From positions 93,392,001 through 93,516,000 of the forward strand of contig OX597819.1 in assembly GCA_951406725.2 (NCBI GenBank): DNA of 124,000 bases. The letters are read 5' to 3'. Source of the DNA: Octopus vulgaris. Taxonomy: Eukaryota. The notes beneath the pieces were generated by a model. The model was not told the origin of the DNA. It searched no databases and was given only the letters and a program-made list of their open reading frames with translations. Positions 28,031 through 41,439 of the stretch are shown here, piece after piece. Made by a program: the position numbers and the translations under genes. Each line of letters opens with the position of its first letter. Positions within the stretch are counted from its first letter, which is position 1.

Positions 28031-28139
28031 CATGGCGATCTGATTTCGGCCAGAGGTCAAAGATCAAACATGAGACGCGAGAGCGAAATAAGGGGAGATA
28101 ATAGGGTTGATAAAAGGGTTGAGGGACCAGCTAAAAGTG

Positions 28140-28440
28140 CGTGGGAGGGGTCTGGATGTGTGTATGTATAGGGTTGGTGTATGTATTAGTATGTATAAGG
28201 GTGTGTGTGTGTATGAGAGAGTATTAGTGCGTAGGATTGGTCTGGACGTGCGTATGTATGGGGTTGATGTATGTATTAGTATGTATTAGTATATATTAGT
28301 ACGTATTGGTATGTATAGGTGTGTGTGTGTGTGTGTGAGAGAGTATAAGTGCGTATGCGGGGTCTGGACGTGTGTATGTATAGGGTTGGTGTAAGTATTA
28401 GTATGTACTAGTATGTATTAGTACGTATTAGTATGTATTA
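28140..28440. repeat. Minisatellite, about 3 units of 95-120 bp with gtattagtat subrepeats
   Basis: ggtctggacgtgtgtatgtatagggttggtgta and variants recur three times. Confidence 0.75.
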
Positions 28441-29406
28441 GTTGGTGCGTGTATTAGTATGGCACATCATATGTGATGTGATGTGTAAAGTCATGTGGTG
28501 TAGTGAGGAGAAGAGGGGGAGGGGGAGAAGAGGGGGAGAAGGGGAGGGGAAGAAGAGGGGGAGGAGAAGGGGGAAGAGGAGAGGATGGGGAGAAGGAAGG
28601 GAAGGAGGGGGATGAAGGAGGAAAGAGGGAGAGGGGGAGAGAGAAGGGGAGAGAGAAGGGGAGAGAGGGAGTGAGGGAGAAGAGGGAAGGGGAAGAGGGA
28701 GGGAGAAAGAGGGAAGAAGGGAAGGGGAGTAGGGGTGAAAGGATGAAGGACTGAAGAAGTAGGGGTTGGGGGGAGAAAGGATAGGTGAGGAGGGGGAGAG
28801 GGGGGTTAGATGAGGAGGGGGGAGAGTTGAGACCAAATGGCGTATAAGAGCGAAGATATATATATATATATATATACATACATACATGTGTGTAAATGTA
28901 TGTATATATATATATATGTGTGTATATGCAGACACCAGGGAGACTTGTGTTGTGCTGTCTCTCTAAGACTTGTATTTGTTAGTAAAATCGATAAAAAGAG
29001 TGCAATGAACTTGCTATGGAGTGTGGGAAATCCAACGTTTCGGAAAGAGTCTTTCTTCAGTGTAAAGTTGAAAGGAGAGAAATTACTGAAAGACACTATC
29101 CTCTAAGTTAGAGAAACTGGCTGCGACTGTATGTGTGCGTGTATTTTTGTGTGTGTGTGTTTGTACGCATTGGTGTACGTACACGTCTGTGTGTTTGAGT
29201 GTAGGTGTGCGCGCACGTGAGTCTGTGTGTTAAGATGCCAGGGGTACCTCAGTTCTGAATAATCATTGAAAGACAGTTTAAGAATAGCAATAAAACCTGC
29301 TTAGTAAGGATTTCCGATCATAGATTCAAAATGAACGGCATTTATAAATACACGCACGCCCGTGCACACACATGCATGCTGACGTTGTTACATGCATACA
29401 CATAGT

Positions 29407-29438
<32 letters not shown>

Positions 29439-29515
29439 TGTGTGTATACATAGATATATATAGGTATATATATAGACATATATATATATACGTATATCTA
29501 TATATATATCTATAG

Positions 29516-29554
<39 letters not shown>

Positions 29555-29761
29555 GTGAAATAGAAAGATGAATAATCTTGTAGTAGATTAATCATTAGTT
29601 TAACCGATACCTTAGTAGCAAAAATCACAGCAGTAAAACAGCACGGTTGGAGGTACAACCATTTGGTGTTGCAACCGTGCGTTGGTGCGGATAATTGAAA
29701 TTAGAACATTATTGGTGAATTGAAGAAATGGAGCTGAACGCAGATTGAACAGAAATCGTTT

Positions 29762-29855
29762 TATTTCATTCTACACGTGTTTCGAAAGGCACAAATTACC
29801 AAAATCCGATGGAATAATGGGACCATATTGTGTCTTTCTCTTCAGGAAGAAAATA
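29762..29855 (-). ncRNA. Type I hammerhead ribozyme fold (left arm of the palindrome)
   Basis: Exact reverse complement of 30022-30115. Confidence 0.78.
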
Positions 29856-30021
29856 GGAAATCCGTTGGAAAAACAAAAACAGAACAGAGGCGGAGCAAAA
29901 ACAAATCGAACTATGCTCCTAAGAGCCCATGGCGAAAGTTTCGCCATGGGCTCTTAGGAGCATAGTTCGATTTGTTTTTGCTCCGCCTCTGTTCTGTTTT
30001 TGTTTTTCCAACGAGATTTCC

Positions 30022-30115
30022 TATTTTCTTCCTGAAGAGAAAGACACAATATGGTCCCATTATTCCATCGGATTTTGGTAATTTGTGCCTTTCGAAACAC
30101 GTGTAGAATGAAATA
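30022..30115 (+). ncRNA. Type I hammerhead ribozyme fold (right arm of the palindrome)
   Basis: Stem I UAUUUUCUUC/GAAUGAAAUA (1 mismatch); CUGAAGA 30032-30038; stem II GAAAG/CUUUC plus CACAA/UUGUG; GAAAC; palindromic stem III ACACGUGU; GUA site, cleavage after 30105. Confidence 0.8.
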
Positions 30116-30161
30116 AAACGATTTCTGTTCAATCTGCGTTCAGCTCCATTTCTTCAATTCA

Positions 30162-30205
<44 letters not shown>

Positions 30206-30719
30206 CATACATAGATACATATACACATTTATGCTCAGGAGCACACTGCTCATATTATCAATGAATGTAGGAATCCATATAAGGACTGAATCTCAGTTGA
30301 ATATCTATATATAAACGTCAGCGAAGAAACGTGACTACGTAATTTGAATTTACGTAGTAACTCCGTAAAAAAATACAATTCTTCAAGATAGATCACAAGA
30401 AGACCGACCTATATCCTATATAAATACAATCTAATCAATCAAACAAAATTGAACAGTAAAAGATACGTGTAACACTTTTGTACATCAGTATAGTTTTCTT
30501 TATAATTCAAATTACGTGATGTCGAATATTATCAAACACACACACACACACATGTATGTATGTACGTATGTATGTACGTACACACGTATATGGAGACTTT
30601 GAAAAAATACACATCTCACGTTCCTATCCTATCACTCGCACACTCACACACACACCAAGGATTTAGAGAAACACGTAACACACACATAAAGGTATATATA
30701 TACACACATATATATATAC

Positions 30720-30760
<41 letters not shown>

Positions 30761-30895
30761 CATATATATGTGTATATTTAAATATACACATGCATTAGAA
30801 TTTTCTCTGATTTTTCAGATTTTTGTATGCTAGGCTACTGGTTTTAAATTGATATTAATTAAATTAATATTCAATTTATCTCCCTCATGATTTAA

Positions 30896-30976
<81 letters not shown>

Positions 30977-31016
30977 TATATGTGTGTGTGTGTGTGTGTC
31001 TATATGTGTGTGTGTC

Positions 31017-31065
<49 letters not shown>

Positions 31066-32540
31066 ATACATACAGATATATTTATATAGTCAGGAACGGG
31101 AGAGGGGGCGATTTCTATGCGTGCGGATGTGTGTATAAAGACACATCTATGAATGTGTTTGTATATGCATGTGGATTTGAAGGGGGTGTCAACAGAAACG
31201 TGTGACCATTATCGATGCATTTCTCTAGGCCCTCATCTGCTGTTTTCTGGTTGTCTTTTTCTTCTCCAACATGCGATCCCCACCCTTATACCAAGCTCTT
31301 CGACTTGGGCCAATAGTCTTAGTGTCTACGTGTCTTATCTGGCAGGTAGGGCAACCACGAAAATCTCTTTTTGCTGCTACAGTTATACTATGGTTGCGAG
31401 TGAAACTACCGAGTAGGTGGAGATTTGTAGCAAGCTGAGTCAGTAACGCAGTTTCGATTTCCAATAGATGCTAATTCACTTTATGTTAAAAATGTCCTTG
31501 GAATAGTTATGAACGTCACGTATCCTTGTTTTTGCTTGTTAGCTTAGTTTTTTTTTCTTTGTTTGTTTAGTTTTTTTGTTTGTTGTTTTTGTTTTGTTTG
31601 TTTGTTTGTTTGTTTTTTCACCTTAAAAAATTCAGAGTTTAGGCATTATGGCATATACACAGTGCTTGTTAGAACTTCCTTTGTTAAAGAAAGAGTCTAA
31701 AGTTAAAGCCCAACCCAACCATCAAGACGAACACCAACCACTTCATATTCTCCATGGTCTTTCAAGGTCATAGACACAACCACCTCTTCCGGGTCAAACT
31801 ACTGAAAGGAAAAAAAATACTCTCTTCTGTGAGAGATTTGAAAAACAACACACATGTCCGTATACAAATATTTCCGTTACTTAATACAAAGCTTTCTTCT
31901 TCTTCCTTGAAACCAGCTTTTTTCACTCATCCCCAATATCTTAAAGTAAATTGTTTTAAAGACACGGCATGTTTTCTTAACATACCCTATGCTTATAAAG
32001 AATTTAGAAAATTTATTTTCATATCTCTACTCTTCATCAAGCATAATCACATAACACCCACAAGCTTTCATTGAAGAAATAACGTTTGTTTGTTTTTTTC
32101 TCTGGTGTTTTTTTTTTGTTGTTGTTGCAGAGTGAGGCTGTTCTTTTTTATTTATTTATTTTTTTTTTTTGGTGGAGTTTAGTATTAGGAAGTGGAGGAA
32201 AGGACTGAGCCTATGATCTTTGCAGGTAGAGTCGCCTTAAGGCACCACCTATACTGGGTAATTGCCTGGAAGCCTCATGGGTCCAGCGGCCCCAATTTTA
32301 ATCTAGGCATGCTGTGATATGCTGTCAATGAATAAATAAATACTAAATGACCCACTGCAGTGACGTGCGTAGGGACTTATAATGCTACTAAGGAATCTCT
32401 GTTTGTAGGTCATGATGTGTTTCGTACCTATGATGTTTTAACCGATAGATGCAATGTATAATAAAGCTATCAATTAAAAATCTATTTCGTTTTTGGATTT
32501 GGTTTGCAAGATTCTTTATGAGTTCGTGTGTTGAAACAAA

Positions 32541-32805
32541 TTCTGTTGTCTGGAGAGAGTCATTTTCTTTTTGTGCCTTATTATTTAACACACTCACCGG
32601 TAAAATTTCCACTTATTTCTTATTTTTATTTTCCTAAAATTTTCGTTGCGTCTTGCAACCTTTTCGATAAAACTATTGAAAAGGCTGCAAGACGCAACGA
32701 AAATTTTAGGAAAATAAAAATAAGAAATAAGTGGAAATTTTACCGGTGAGTGTGTTAAATAATAAGGCACAAAAAGAAAATGACTCTTCTCAGACACAAC
32801 AGAAT
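32541..32805. repeat. Fold-back inverted repeat (about 130-bp arms, 4-nt loop) in the same family as 22486-22670
   Basis: ...tgcaaccttttcgata-aaac-tattgaaaaggctgca...; arms nearly identical. Confidence 0.9.
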
Positions 32806-33825
32806 AAAAATCTATTGGATCCTCGAAATACATGCGGAAAGAATGTGAGAAAGCAAACATGAATTGTATGTAGGATAGAGATTTAATCCATTGACTGGGT
32901 TAACACCTTCACTAGATCTTAAATACGATCAGCAGAATCTATTCTGTTGCAAGCATACGAGCCAAATCTATCTTGATGATAAAATTTTCCATTTCTGTTT
33001 GCAATGCATGGTAACCGCAAACAGGGTAAACGGTGCAAACATTTATACCGTGGAGTAAATGGATTTTTGCCCGTTTCGACGATGAATGTTTAGTTGTTCG
33101 AGCAACTAAACAGATATGTAAGTAGCTGAGTTTCCCACAGGCAGAATCAGGCGCGATTAGCATGACAAATCGTGTGTCAAGGTTGGCCATTTGAATTTGC
33201 ATCTGATTGATGGGCATTCACACAGTTCCCATCTACCTGGTTTCACTCATAAACAAGGCGATCCGAGGCTATTAAATGAAATTTAAAAACACACTTCCCA
33301 GGAAACCGAACCCGGAACCGCATGATTGAGAAACAAACTTCTTAACCATTCAGCTATTTTGCGTCCTTCGCTGACTAAACCAGACAAAGAATACAATCAA
33401 TGTATTTATACTCTCCCTTGAATAAAGCCACGTTATTAGAGCATGAAACCAAACATAAGACAATTAATATTTGCTTTATTAATATTTATTGAGCAATTTT
33501 GATGGCGGTTAGTATAAATAATTGAATCGGTAATTTATCAACTTAATTTATAGTTTGATCCTCAGTGTGACAAGTGCTGATTTGGTTCATGAATATTAAT
33601 TAATAGCGATGTATACTACAATAACAAGGGTATATTCCAAGAAATGTCATATCTTTAATATGGTTAAATTTTATGACCAGGCTTTATATATATTTAAAAG
33701 AGAAGCTGTACATCGTCGTAAGGTTCGACAGCAGGTGTCTTTCATATGATCATTAAATTTATATTAATATCAACACTTTAAAAGTAGACATGTTAAACCT
33801 TCTGGATATGTATGCAAGTACAAAG

Positions 33826-34420
33826 ACTGCGAGCTCGCACAGACGTTAGCACACCGGGAGAAATGCTTAGCGGTATTTCGTCTGCCGTTACGTTCTGAGT
33901 TCAAATTCCGCCGAGGTCGACTTTGCCTTTCATCCTTTCGGGGTCGATTAAATAAGTACAGTTATGCACTGGGGTCGATATGATCGGCTTAATCCGTTTG
34001 TCTGTCCTTGTTCGTCCTCTCTGTGTTTAGCCCCTTGTGGGTAGTAAAGAAATAGGTATTTCGTCTGCCGTTACGTTCTGAGTTCAAATTCCGCCGAGGT
34101 CGACTTTGCCTTTCATCATTTCGGGGTCGATTAAATAAGTACCAGTTGCACACTGGGTTGATGTAATCGACTTAATCCGTTTGTCTGTCCTTGTTTGTCC
34201 CCTCTATATTTAGCCCCTTGTGAGCAATAAAGAAATAAGAAACGTTAGCACGCCGGGTGCTAACGTCTGTCTTTACATTCTGAGTTCAAATCCCGCCGTG
34301 GTCGACTTTGCCTTTCATCCTTTCATGGTCAATAAATTAAGTACCAGTACCGTACTGGAATTGAACTAATTGACTAGCAGCCTCCCCCAAAAATTCGTGC
34401 CTTGTGCCAAGAGTAGAAAA
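33826..34420 (+). mobile_element. SINE family B head-to-tail trimer
   Basis: ggtatttcgtctgcc at 33872 and 34055; junctions follow the AAAGAAATA tail. Confidence 0.8.
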
Positions 34421-35539
34421 GTATACATGCAAGAACACACACACACAGAGGCGGAGGCTTGGCTGTGTTATAACGACATAGTTCAGGGCTCAATTCCACC
34501 AGGCAGTACCAGGATCAGTACCAGGCTTTCAAAGAATAAATCCTGGGTCGATTTCTTCGATTAAAGGCGGTGCTCCAGCGTGGCCGCTGTCAAATGACTG
34601 AAACAAATAAAATAAGATATATATATATATATATATAAACACGCATTGAGTCGAAACAGGGGCAGCTGAAGAAGGGGAATATTCCTTGTATTGTTGGTCT
34701 TGTACTCTGTTTTTTCGTTTTAACAAAAGTCCGTTTCCTTGTTTGATTTTCTGTTTTCGTTTCTCATTGTGTTCTACGTTTATTTGTGGTGTCCTGTACT
34801 CATATATGCATGTATATATACATATATATGTATGTATGTATATGTTTTATTTATTAAATTATTATATATATATATATGTATATATGAATTTATAAATTAA
34901 TATATAAAATATATATATCAGCGGCAAACACGTACGTATACGAGTCGCCTAACTCTCAGCATTCTAGGTTCAAATCACACCAAGATCAAATTTGCCTGTA
35001 TATATGTGTATACACACACACACACACACACATGATTAAACTCTAGTTCCAGTTCGAATAACGAACACTCGCTGATAGTTTTGGTTTTCGTTGTTTTCTT
35101 CCTGCTTTTATTTTACCAGGTGAATGCCACGATAAGTTATTTAGTTATCTTTGTGTTTAACAGTTTGTAATTTAACTTAAAGCTAAAAGACTAAAAAGAA
35201 AACATCTAGAAGGAAGAATGCCAAAGGAAAAGCAAGTAACAGAAAAGATCTCGAAGGCTGTACGTTCAGAGGTTGACTTTTACGTCATTCGGATAGTAAC
35301 GGAACGTGACCACATCTAACTGCTTGAAACCAGTATTATAATGTTTATGTTTATAAGTACATACGTATGAATATATAATTATACATACACACACCGACGT
35401 CACGCGCGTGCGTACACCGATGAAGCTTTTGATTAGGTATTACGATATTAATAACCTGCTTTTAGAATTCAACGCACGTAAATAAAACGGTAAAGTTTCT
35501 TTCTCCAGTCGTTCCGATTCAAAAGGGCAGATTTTCCGG

Positions 35540-35760
35540 TTCCCGGTTTTCAGGTTTCCATGGCGTGTATATTCCCCTCCTGGGCAGGCCGCCGGTCCGT
35601 CGCAGGATTACTCATTTTTGCCAGCTGAGTGGACTGGAGCAATGTGAAATGAAGTGTTTTGCTCAAGAACACAAACGCTTCCCCTGGTCCAGGAATCGAA
35701 ACCACGATCTTACAGTAATGAGACCAACAACCTAACCACTAAGCCAGGCGCCTTCACAAC
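35540..35760 (-). mobile_element. tRNA-derived SINE (same family as 54740-54990)
   Basis: Reverse-complemented tRNA-like head ggaatcgaaacc...ctaaccactaagcc; ctcaagaacaca core. Confidence 0.7.
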
Positions 35761-36104
35761 ATATGCGTCAGAATAATGCGTGGGGCATATACAGAGCATT
35801 AAACGGAATGAAATTAACGCAACAGGGATTAAGAAGAAGCTACGAGTTTATCCTCAAGCACATAGCTCTGGTATTGGGACTGCTTCATTACCTAACAGCT
35901 GTTTCTGCTATAATACCAGGGACTATAAAAATTTACAAGACCTACTTAAGATTTAAAAGATGAAGGTTTAAACAAGACATTTTCTTTCACAAGTAGATGG
36001 CAGGTCAAAATTTAGTAGATGGCAGGTCAAAATTTAGTAGATGGCAGGTCAAAATTTACTCTAAATTGAAAAGAGGAAGTCAAGAATGTGTGTGTGCGCG
36101 CGCA

Positions 36105-36276
36105 TGTGTGTTGCGTAGCTGTGTGGTAAGAAGCTTGCTTCCAAACAACATGTTTCCGAGTTCAGTCCTACAGCGTTGATTCCATGTGCAAATGTCGTCT
36201 ACTCTATCCTCGCGCCGACCAAAGCCTTGGGAGTGAATTTGGGAGACAGAAACTGAAAGAAGCCCGTCGTATATAT

Positions 36277-36315
<39 letters not shown>

Positions 36316-36480
36316 TGTGTGTGTATGTATGTATGTGAATGTGTGTCATTGTGTCAGCGTTTGTCCCCCTCCCTCGCCACCATCATCGCTTGACAACCGA
36401 TATTTGCTTCCCTGTAACTTAGCGGTTCAGCAAAAGGGACCGACAGAATAAGTACTAGGCTTAAGAAATAAATACCAGGG
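36105..36480 (+). mobile_element. SINE family A
   Basis: Head, central (TA)n and body. Confidence 0.75.
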
Positions 36481-36493
36481 TCTCGATTGTTCC

Positions 36494-36524
<31 letters not shown>

Positions 36525-36688
36525 TATTTCACGTTCATGTCGAAATTTCTTAATTCCTATGACGTCAACGATGTATATTTTTGTTTTCTATTTGTGTCTT
36601 TCGTTGTTCGAAAGAATAGTTCATGTTCCAGGTACTCGTGTTTCGTATTTTTTTGTTGTACATGTTTCGTGGCGTCCTGTGCCCACAA

Positions 36689-36722
<34 letters not shown>

Positions 36723-36780
36723 GCATAGATGTACATATACGTATCTATATATGCATATATATATTATTTATATATATGTA

Positions 36781-36824
<44 letters not shown>

Positions 36825-37512
36825 CATATAAATATATATATATATATATATATAAGTATATATATGTATATATATATTATTTTATAGAAGGAACTTCTAC
36901 AGGACTAGAACTGTTTCATTCAGATGAAATCTTCATTTAGTATATATGTATATATATATGTGTGTGTGTGTACATATATATACATACATACATATTCTTG
37001 ACGTCATAAGAATATATATTTATATACATCGTGCGTATATGTAGATCAAGAAGAAGGTCGCACGAAGCCGAGTCCTCGACGCGGTTTTGATTTCCGATAG
37101 AATATTTAAGTCGTTAATAGTTGTCAAAGAAACATTGATGTTAGACGACCGTATTCAGATCTATAATAAATTTGTGAAATATGTGTTTCGACGTCGTAGA
37201 AGACAAAATCAATATCTAACACAGTTTTGATTTTCATATTTAAAGGACTAACAGAGGTGTAGACTTGAAGTATTTTATTTCAAGCGAACGCGGGGTGATT
37301 ATCATTTCAAAGTTTCGCTCGCGGCAGCTTATCAGTTCTATTTTACCATTGAGGCAAATAAGTTTTTGTTTCTTGTTAGAAAAGTTCACAGCCGGCTTAT
37401 GTGAGCTTTAACGTGAAATTTGGGATTATAAGAAGCTTTAAAATACAGGAGTAATCCCACAAAGAACTCAATACGCATGCAGAATCTAAATATATCATTC
37501 ACTGAAATGCAA

Positions 37513-37569
37513 GGTGACAGTACATTTCTGTCTGACGAGCTACTACTGGCGAAACTCAGAAGAGTCATG
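37513..37569 (+). ncRNA. Hammerhead-like core with weak or ambiguous stem I
   Basis: CUGACGA 37532-37538; stem II GCUA/UGGC; GAAAC; stem III ACUC/GAGU; GUC site; stem I only 3 weak pairs. Confidence 0.45.
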
Positions 37570-37710
37570 CTTGTGTGTATGGGTGAATGTATATATACAT
37601 GCAATACATAGTTATAAAAATGTATTCATATATACTTACGCTTATATATATATATGTGTGTGAGTGCGTGCGTGTGTGTGTGTGTGTTTGAGTCTGTGTG
37701 CACATGCATA

Positions 37711-38274
37711 TGTAGATTTTACTCCACTCTAAACACTTTGCAACGTTTGTTTTGAAAGTAGTGGTTTTCTGATTGCAGTCCTCCCGTGAAATCCAGCTTT
37801 GTGCAGCTCCCGGCGAAGAGTTTTTGTGGAAACTGGGTTCTGGAGGTGGTCATTAAGCTCTGTAGTAATTTTGGAAGCTGTACTTTTGTGATACATTCTA
37901 ACAATCTGTGTAAGAATCTGACGGTCCCTATCTGAAAGATTTGGTTTTCTTCCGGAGTTTTGTTTCGACGAGAAGGTTTTTCCCTCTTTCTCTGTCATTA
38001 CTTTCGAGGCAGTACTTCGTTACGCTAGCGCATGCCAAACGAGTACCAACAATTTGACCTCTTTGAAAGTCCGATAGATCTGTCATTTTAATGAATTTTA
38101 ATTACCTTTTCCTGATGATATCTGAAAAGAAACAGCAATTTTAGCAAAACATATTAAGCAACACTAATAATAAATCAAAAAACATAAAAATAACAAGCTT
38201 TTGACGGTTTTATAGAGATTTCAAAATTATGATGCTATGGTGTTAGGTGTTTCCATTGTTTTGTCCAAACCCTG
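37711..38274 (-). mobile_element. Tc1-family transposon 5' remnant (TIR plus N-terminal HTH of the transposase, frameshifted)
   Basis: TA|CAGGGTTTGGACAAAACAATGGAAACACC TIR ending at 38274; ATG at 38086 gives MTDLSDFQRGQIVG...SGRKPNLSDRDRQIL...VSTKTLRRELHKAGFHGRTAIRKPLLS. Confidence 0.88.
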
Positions 38275-38574
38275 TATATATGTGCGTGTGCATGTATGTA
38301 TGTTTATATATATATATATATATATATTTATACACATATATGTGCGTGTCTATATATGCGTATGTGTGTGTATATATGTGTGTGTGTATATATATGTATT
38401 TATGTATGTATATATGTGTGTATATATATATGTATATATATATGTGTGTATATATATATATGTGTGTGTATATATATATGTGTGTGTGTATATATATATA
38501 CTCTTTTACTCTTTTATTCTTTTACTTGTTTCAGTCATTTGACTGCGGCCATGCTGGAGCACCGCCTTTAGTCG

Positions 38575-38628
<54 letters not shown>

Positions 38629-39168
38629 TGCATGTATTTATGAATGCATGCTTGCATATATATTCCGAATTTAACGGTGAATCAACTCCGCACACATTGT
38701 TTTCCAGTTCATTTCCTTTCATATCCCTACACGTTGTTAATACCTCAGGGATTAACAAAAAACAACACATGAATGTTCCAATCCTCATTCTTTTCGCACC
38801 GCTACATCTTTAAGGGTTTACGCCCAAAACATACGAGATAAGGCCCGAGAAACCACTGCAATGCAACAGCATTTTTCTCGCTTATATATTATTGTGAATC
38901 AATATTAAACGCTACGTCGAAATGCGAGTATAATGTTCTACATGAAGACAACAACAAAAACGACAGCCGCAACGACAACAACACAAATATATATTATATA
39001 TATAATATATGTGCAACAAATGTGTGTGTGTGTGTGTGTGTTTATTCGCAAAGATTTAACTATTTGCTTGCATGAGTTCATACAGCGATAAAATAGATAT
39101 AAGCCTTCATCTAAGCGTTACACCATCATTCATGAACGAACTAATATGATCACGATATATTTAAATAG

Positions 39169-39261
<93 letters not shown>

Positions 39262-39822
39262 CCCATACATATTACATACACATATATAAATTTATATATG
39301 TATGTATATATGCATATATATATACACACACGCACATATATATATATATATACATATATATATTTATTCATATATATACATTTATATATATATATAGATA
39401 TATATATATATGGGTGTGTGTGATTGTGTATAGAAGAATATATTAATAAAAAGAATTCCAACCTTGTCTGATTTTCACGTTTTATTTACGATCTTATAAT
39501 GATATATTATAAGATAATATATTATAATTGAATAAAATAAAATAAAATGAAATAGTAGAATGTTAAATATTCATTCTGATTGAACTAGTACTTTCATGCA
39601 TTGAATTCTGCAATCTTCGGGTTCATGTAGTAGTGTTGACAGTCATGCTTCACAATTTTTGACTGTATATATATATATACACATACAAATATATGTAAGC
39701 CCGTATCTAAGGATGTCTTTACGTATACACGATTATGCAGATACATATAAATACGTGCATTGCATACATATACATGCGTATTTGTATGTATGCATGTATG
39801 TGGAGCGTATGCCATACCGTTA

Positions 39823-39863
<41 letters not shown>

Positions 39864-39990
39864 GTATGTGTCTATCTATCTATATCTCTCTCTATATATA
39901 TATACACACACATATACATACATACAAGTGTTTGCACACATATATACATACACGCACACATAAGCCCAAATATAAATATACGTCTGTCTG

Positions 39991-40023
<33 letters not shown>

Positions 40024-40811
40024 GTATATGTATGTATGTATATGTATATATTCATACATATTCGTACTTATGTGTATACGTGGATATTTGTATGCATGCA
40101 TTTAATTTTAAATATTTAAGATAGGTCAATACAGCATGCATTTTAAATATGCTTCAAACAAACACAACGTTAGGATGTCATCCCTTTCATAGCTCACGTA
40201 TTTGCAACTGTAAGTGTACTTCCAAATTCAAACACGCATATACTCTGATACCCTTTCATGTACCCGTATGTATGTTTGACCACTTTTAAACAAATTCATA
40301 TGGATCAAGCGATTAAGTATGCATACATATTTGTGTGTGTGTGTGTGTGCGTGGGTGCATGAGTCGGAGGAGAGGCTGAATGGAGAAGGGAAGAAATGGA
40401 AGGAAACGTAAGCGATGTTTAATTCCACTCGAAGTGAACGTTTCCAATCGGAAAATCCGAATTTCGCGTGTTCCTAGAAGTGGCCGTGTGTGTGTGTGTG
40501 TGTGTGTGCTGTACAGACGGTATTAACCTCTGTACATAGGTGATGACCAATTTAGAATCGAAAAAGAAAAGGGCACCTGCTTGAGAAAGAAACGAACCAC
40601 AAACCTTATTGCTCGCTGGGCAACGGTGTTACCTATTCACAAACGAGTACTTACATTATTAAAATGCCTGAGTGGATACAGTTCACGAATATGTTTGAGA
40701 GGCAACAGCTTTTCACTTTTTGCAACATTAAATTTTATACCTCTTTATTTCTCGAATCAGAAATATATAAATATTTATCTATGTGACAACATACACAAGT
40801 TTCTTTAATTA

Positions 40812-41118
40812 AATATGTTTGTTCCTTCTCGAGCCATGCCTGGCTCATAAGAGCCGGTTTCCCGGTTACCTTGGCGTATAGGTTCCCCACTTGAACGGGT
40901 CGCCGGTCCGTCGCAGGTGAGCTGCAAGATGCAGGAGGAAAGAGTGAGAGAAAATTGTGGCGAAAGAGTCAGCAGAATTTCGCCATTACCTTCTGCCGGA
41001 GCCACGTGGAACTTAGGTTTTTCGCTCATAAACACACACATCGCCCTGTCTCAGATTCGAACCCGCGATCCCTCGACCGCGAGTCCGCTGCTCTAACCAC
41101 AAGGCTACGTACCTCCAC
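40812..41118 (-). mobile_element. tRNA-derived SINE family C
   Basis: Head ggttagagcagcggactcgcggtcgagggatcgcgggttcgaatc on the minus strand. Confidence 0.8.
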
Positions 41119-41439
41119 TTAATTAAATATACCAGCCACTTAATCTCGAACAATACTTTTTCACAAACCTGCAATATAACACATTAGTGCATTGTTTTTT
41201 TATTAAGTAATGGCAACGATTTTTAATGTAAAACGATCTTTGTTGTTAATTTGTTACGTAACAACGAATGAGTAGATGATATTTTACCATGCAGGACGTT
41301 TTTACAAGTAGCTCGATCCCTTAGTGCTGAGTGGCAGAACTTACCAGTAAAATAAGTGAGAAACATACGGATATTATTACAGAGCAGACAGATATTTAGA
41401 AAGAGCAGATCTGCGAAATAAGAGAATACAAATTTGATG

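Larger units (their letters stand above)
29710..30167. repeat. Near-perfect 458-bp palindrome (arms about 228 bp, 1-nt centre at 29938)
   Basis: ggcgaaa-g-tttcgcc centre; arms match apart from a single-base indel; mirrored ORFs in the track. Confidence 0.95.

Noticed and set aside
29031-29064. Minus-strand CUGAAGA...GAAACGUU
   Set aside because: Stem II and stem I do not pair properly; at best a decayed HHR.
31225-31464. ORF with CPTCQ...RAWYKGGD resembling a Gypsy integrase zinc-finger region
   Set aside because: Similarity is too short and weak; no HHCC histidines or DDE core nearby.
34645-34690. GAAAC followed by CUGAAGA
   Set aside because: Only 8 nt separate the motifs, too few to form stems III and I.
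36650-36690. Minus-strand half hammerhead GUGG/CCAC-GAAACAUGUA
   Set aside because: The CUGANGA half is missing, replaced by (TA)n; cannot be called.
36904-36941. Minus-strand AUGAAGA-U-UUC/GAA-U-GAAACAGUU between (TA)n tracts
   Set aside because: Needs two back-mutations (C3 and stem I) to fold; probably a decayed relative, but unsupported on its own.
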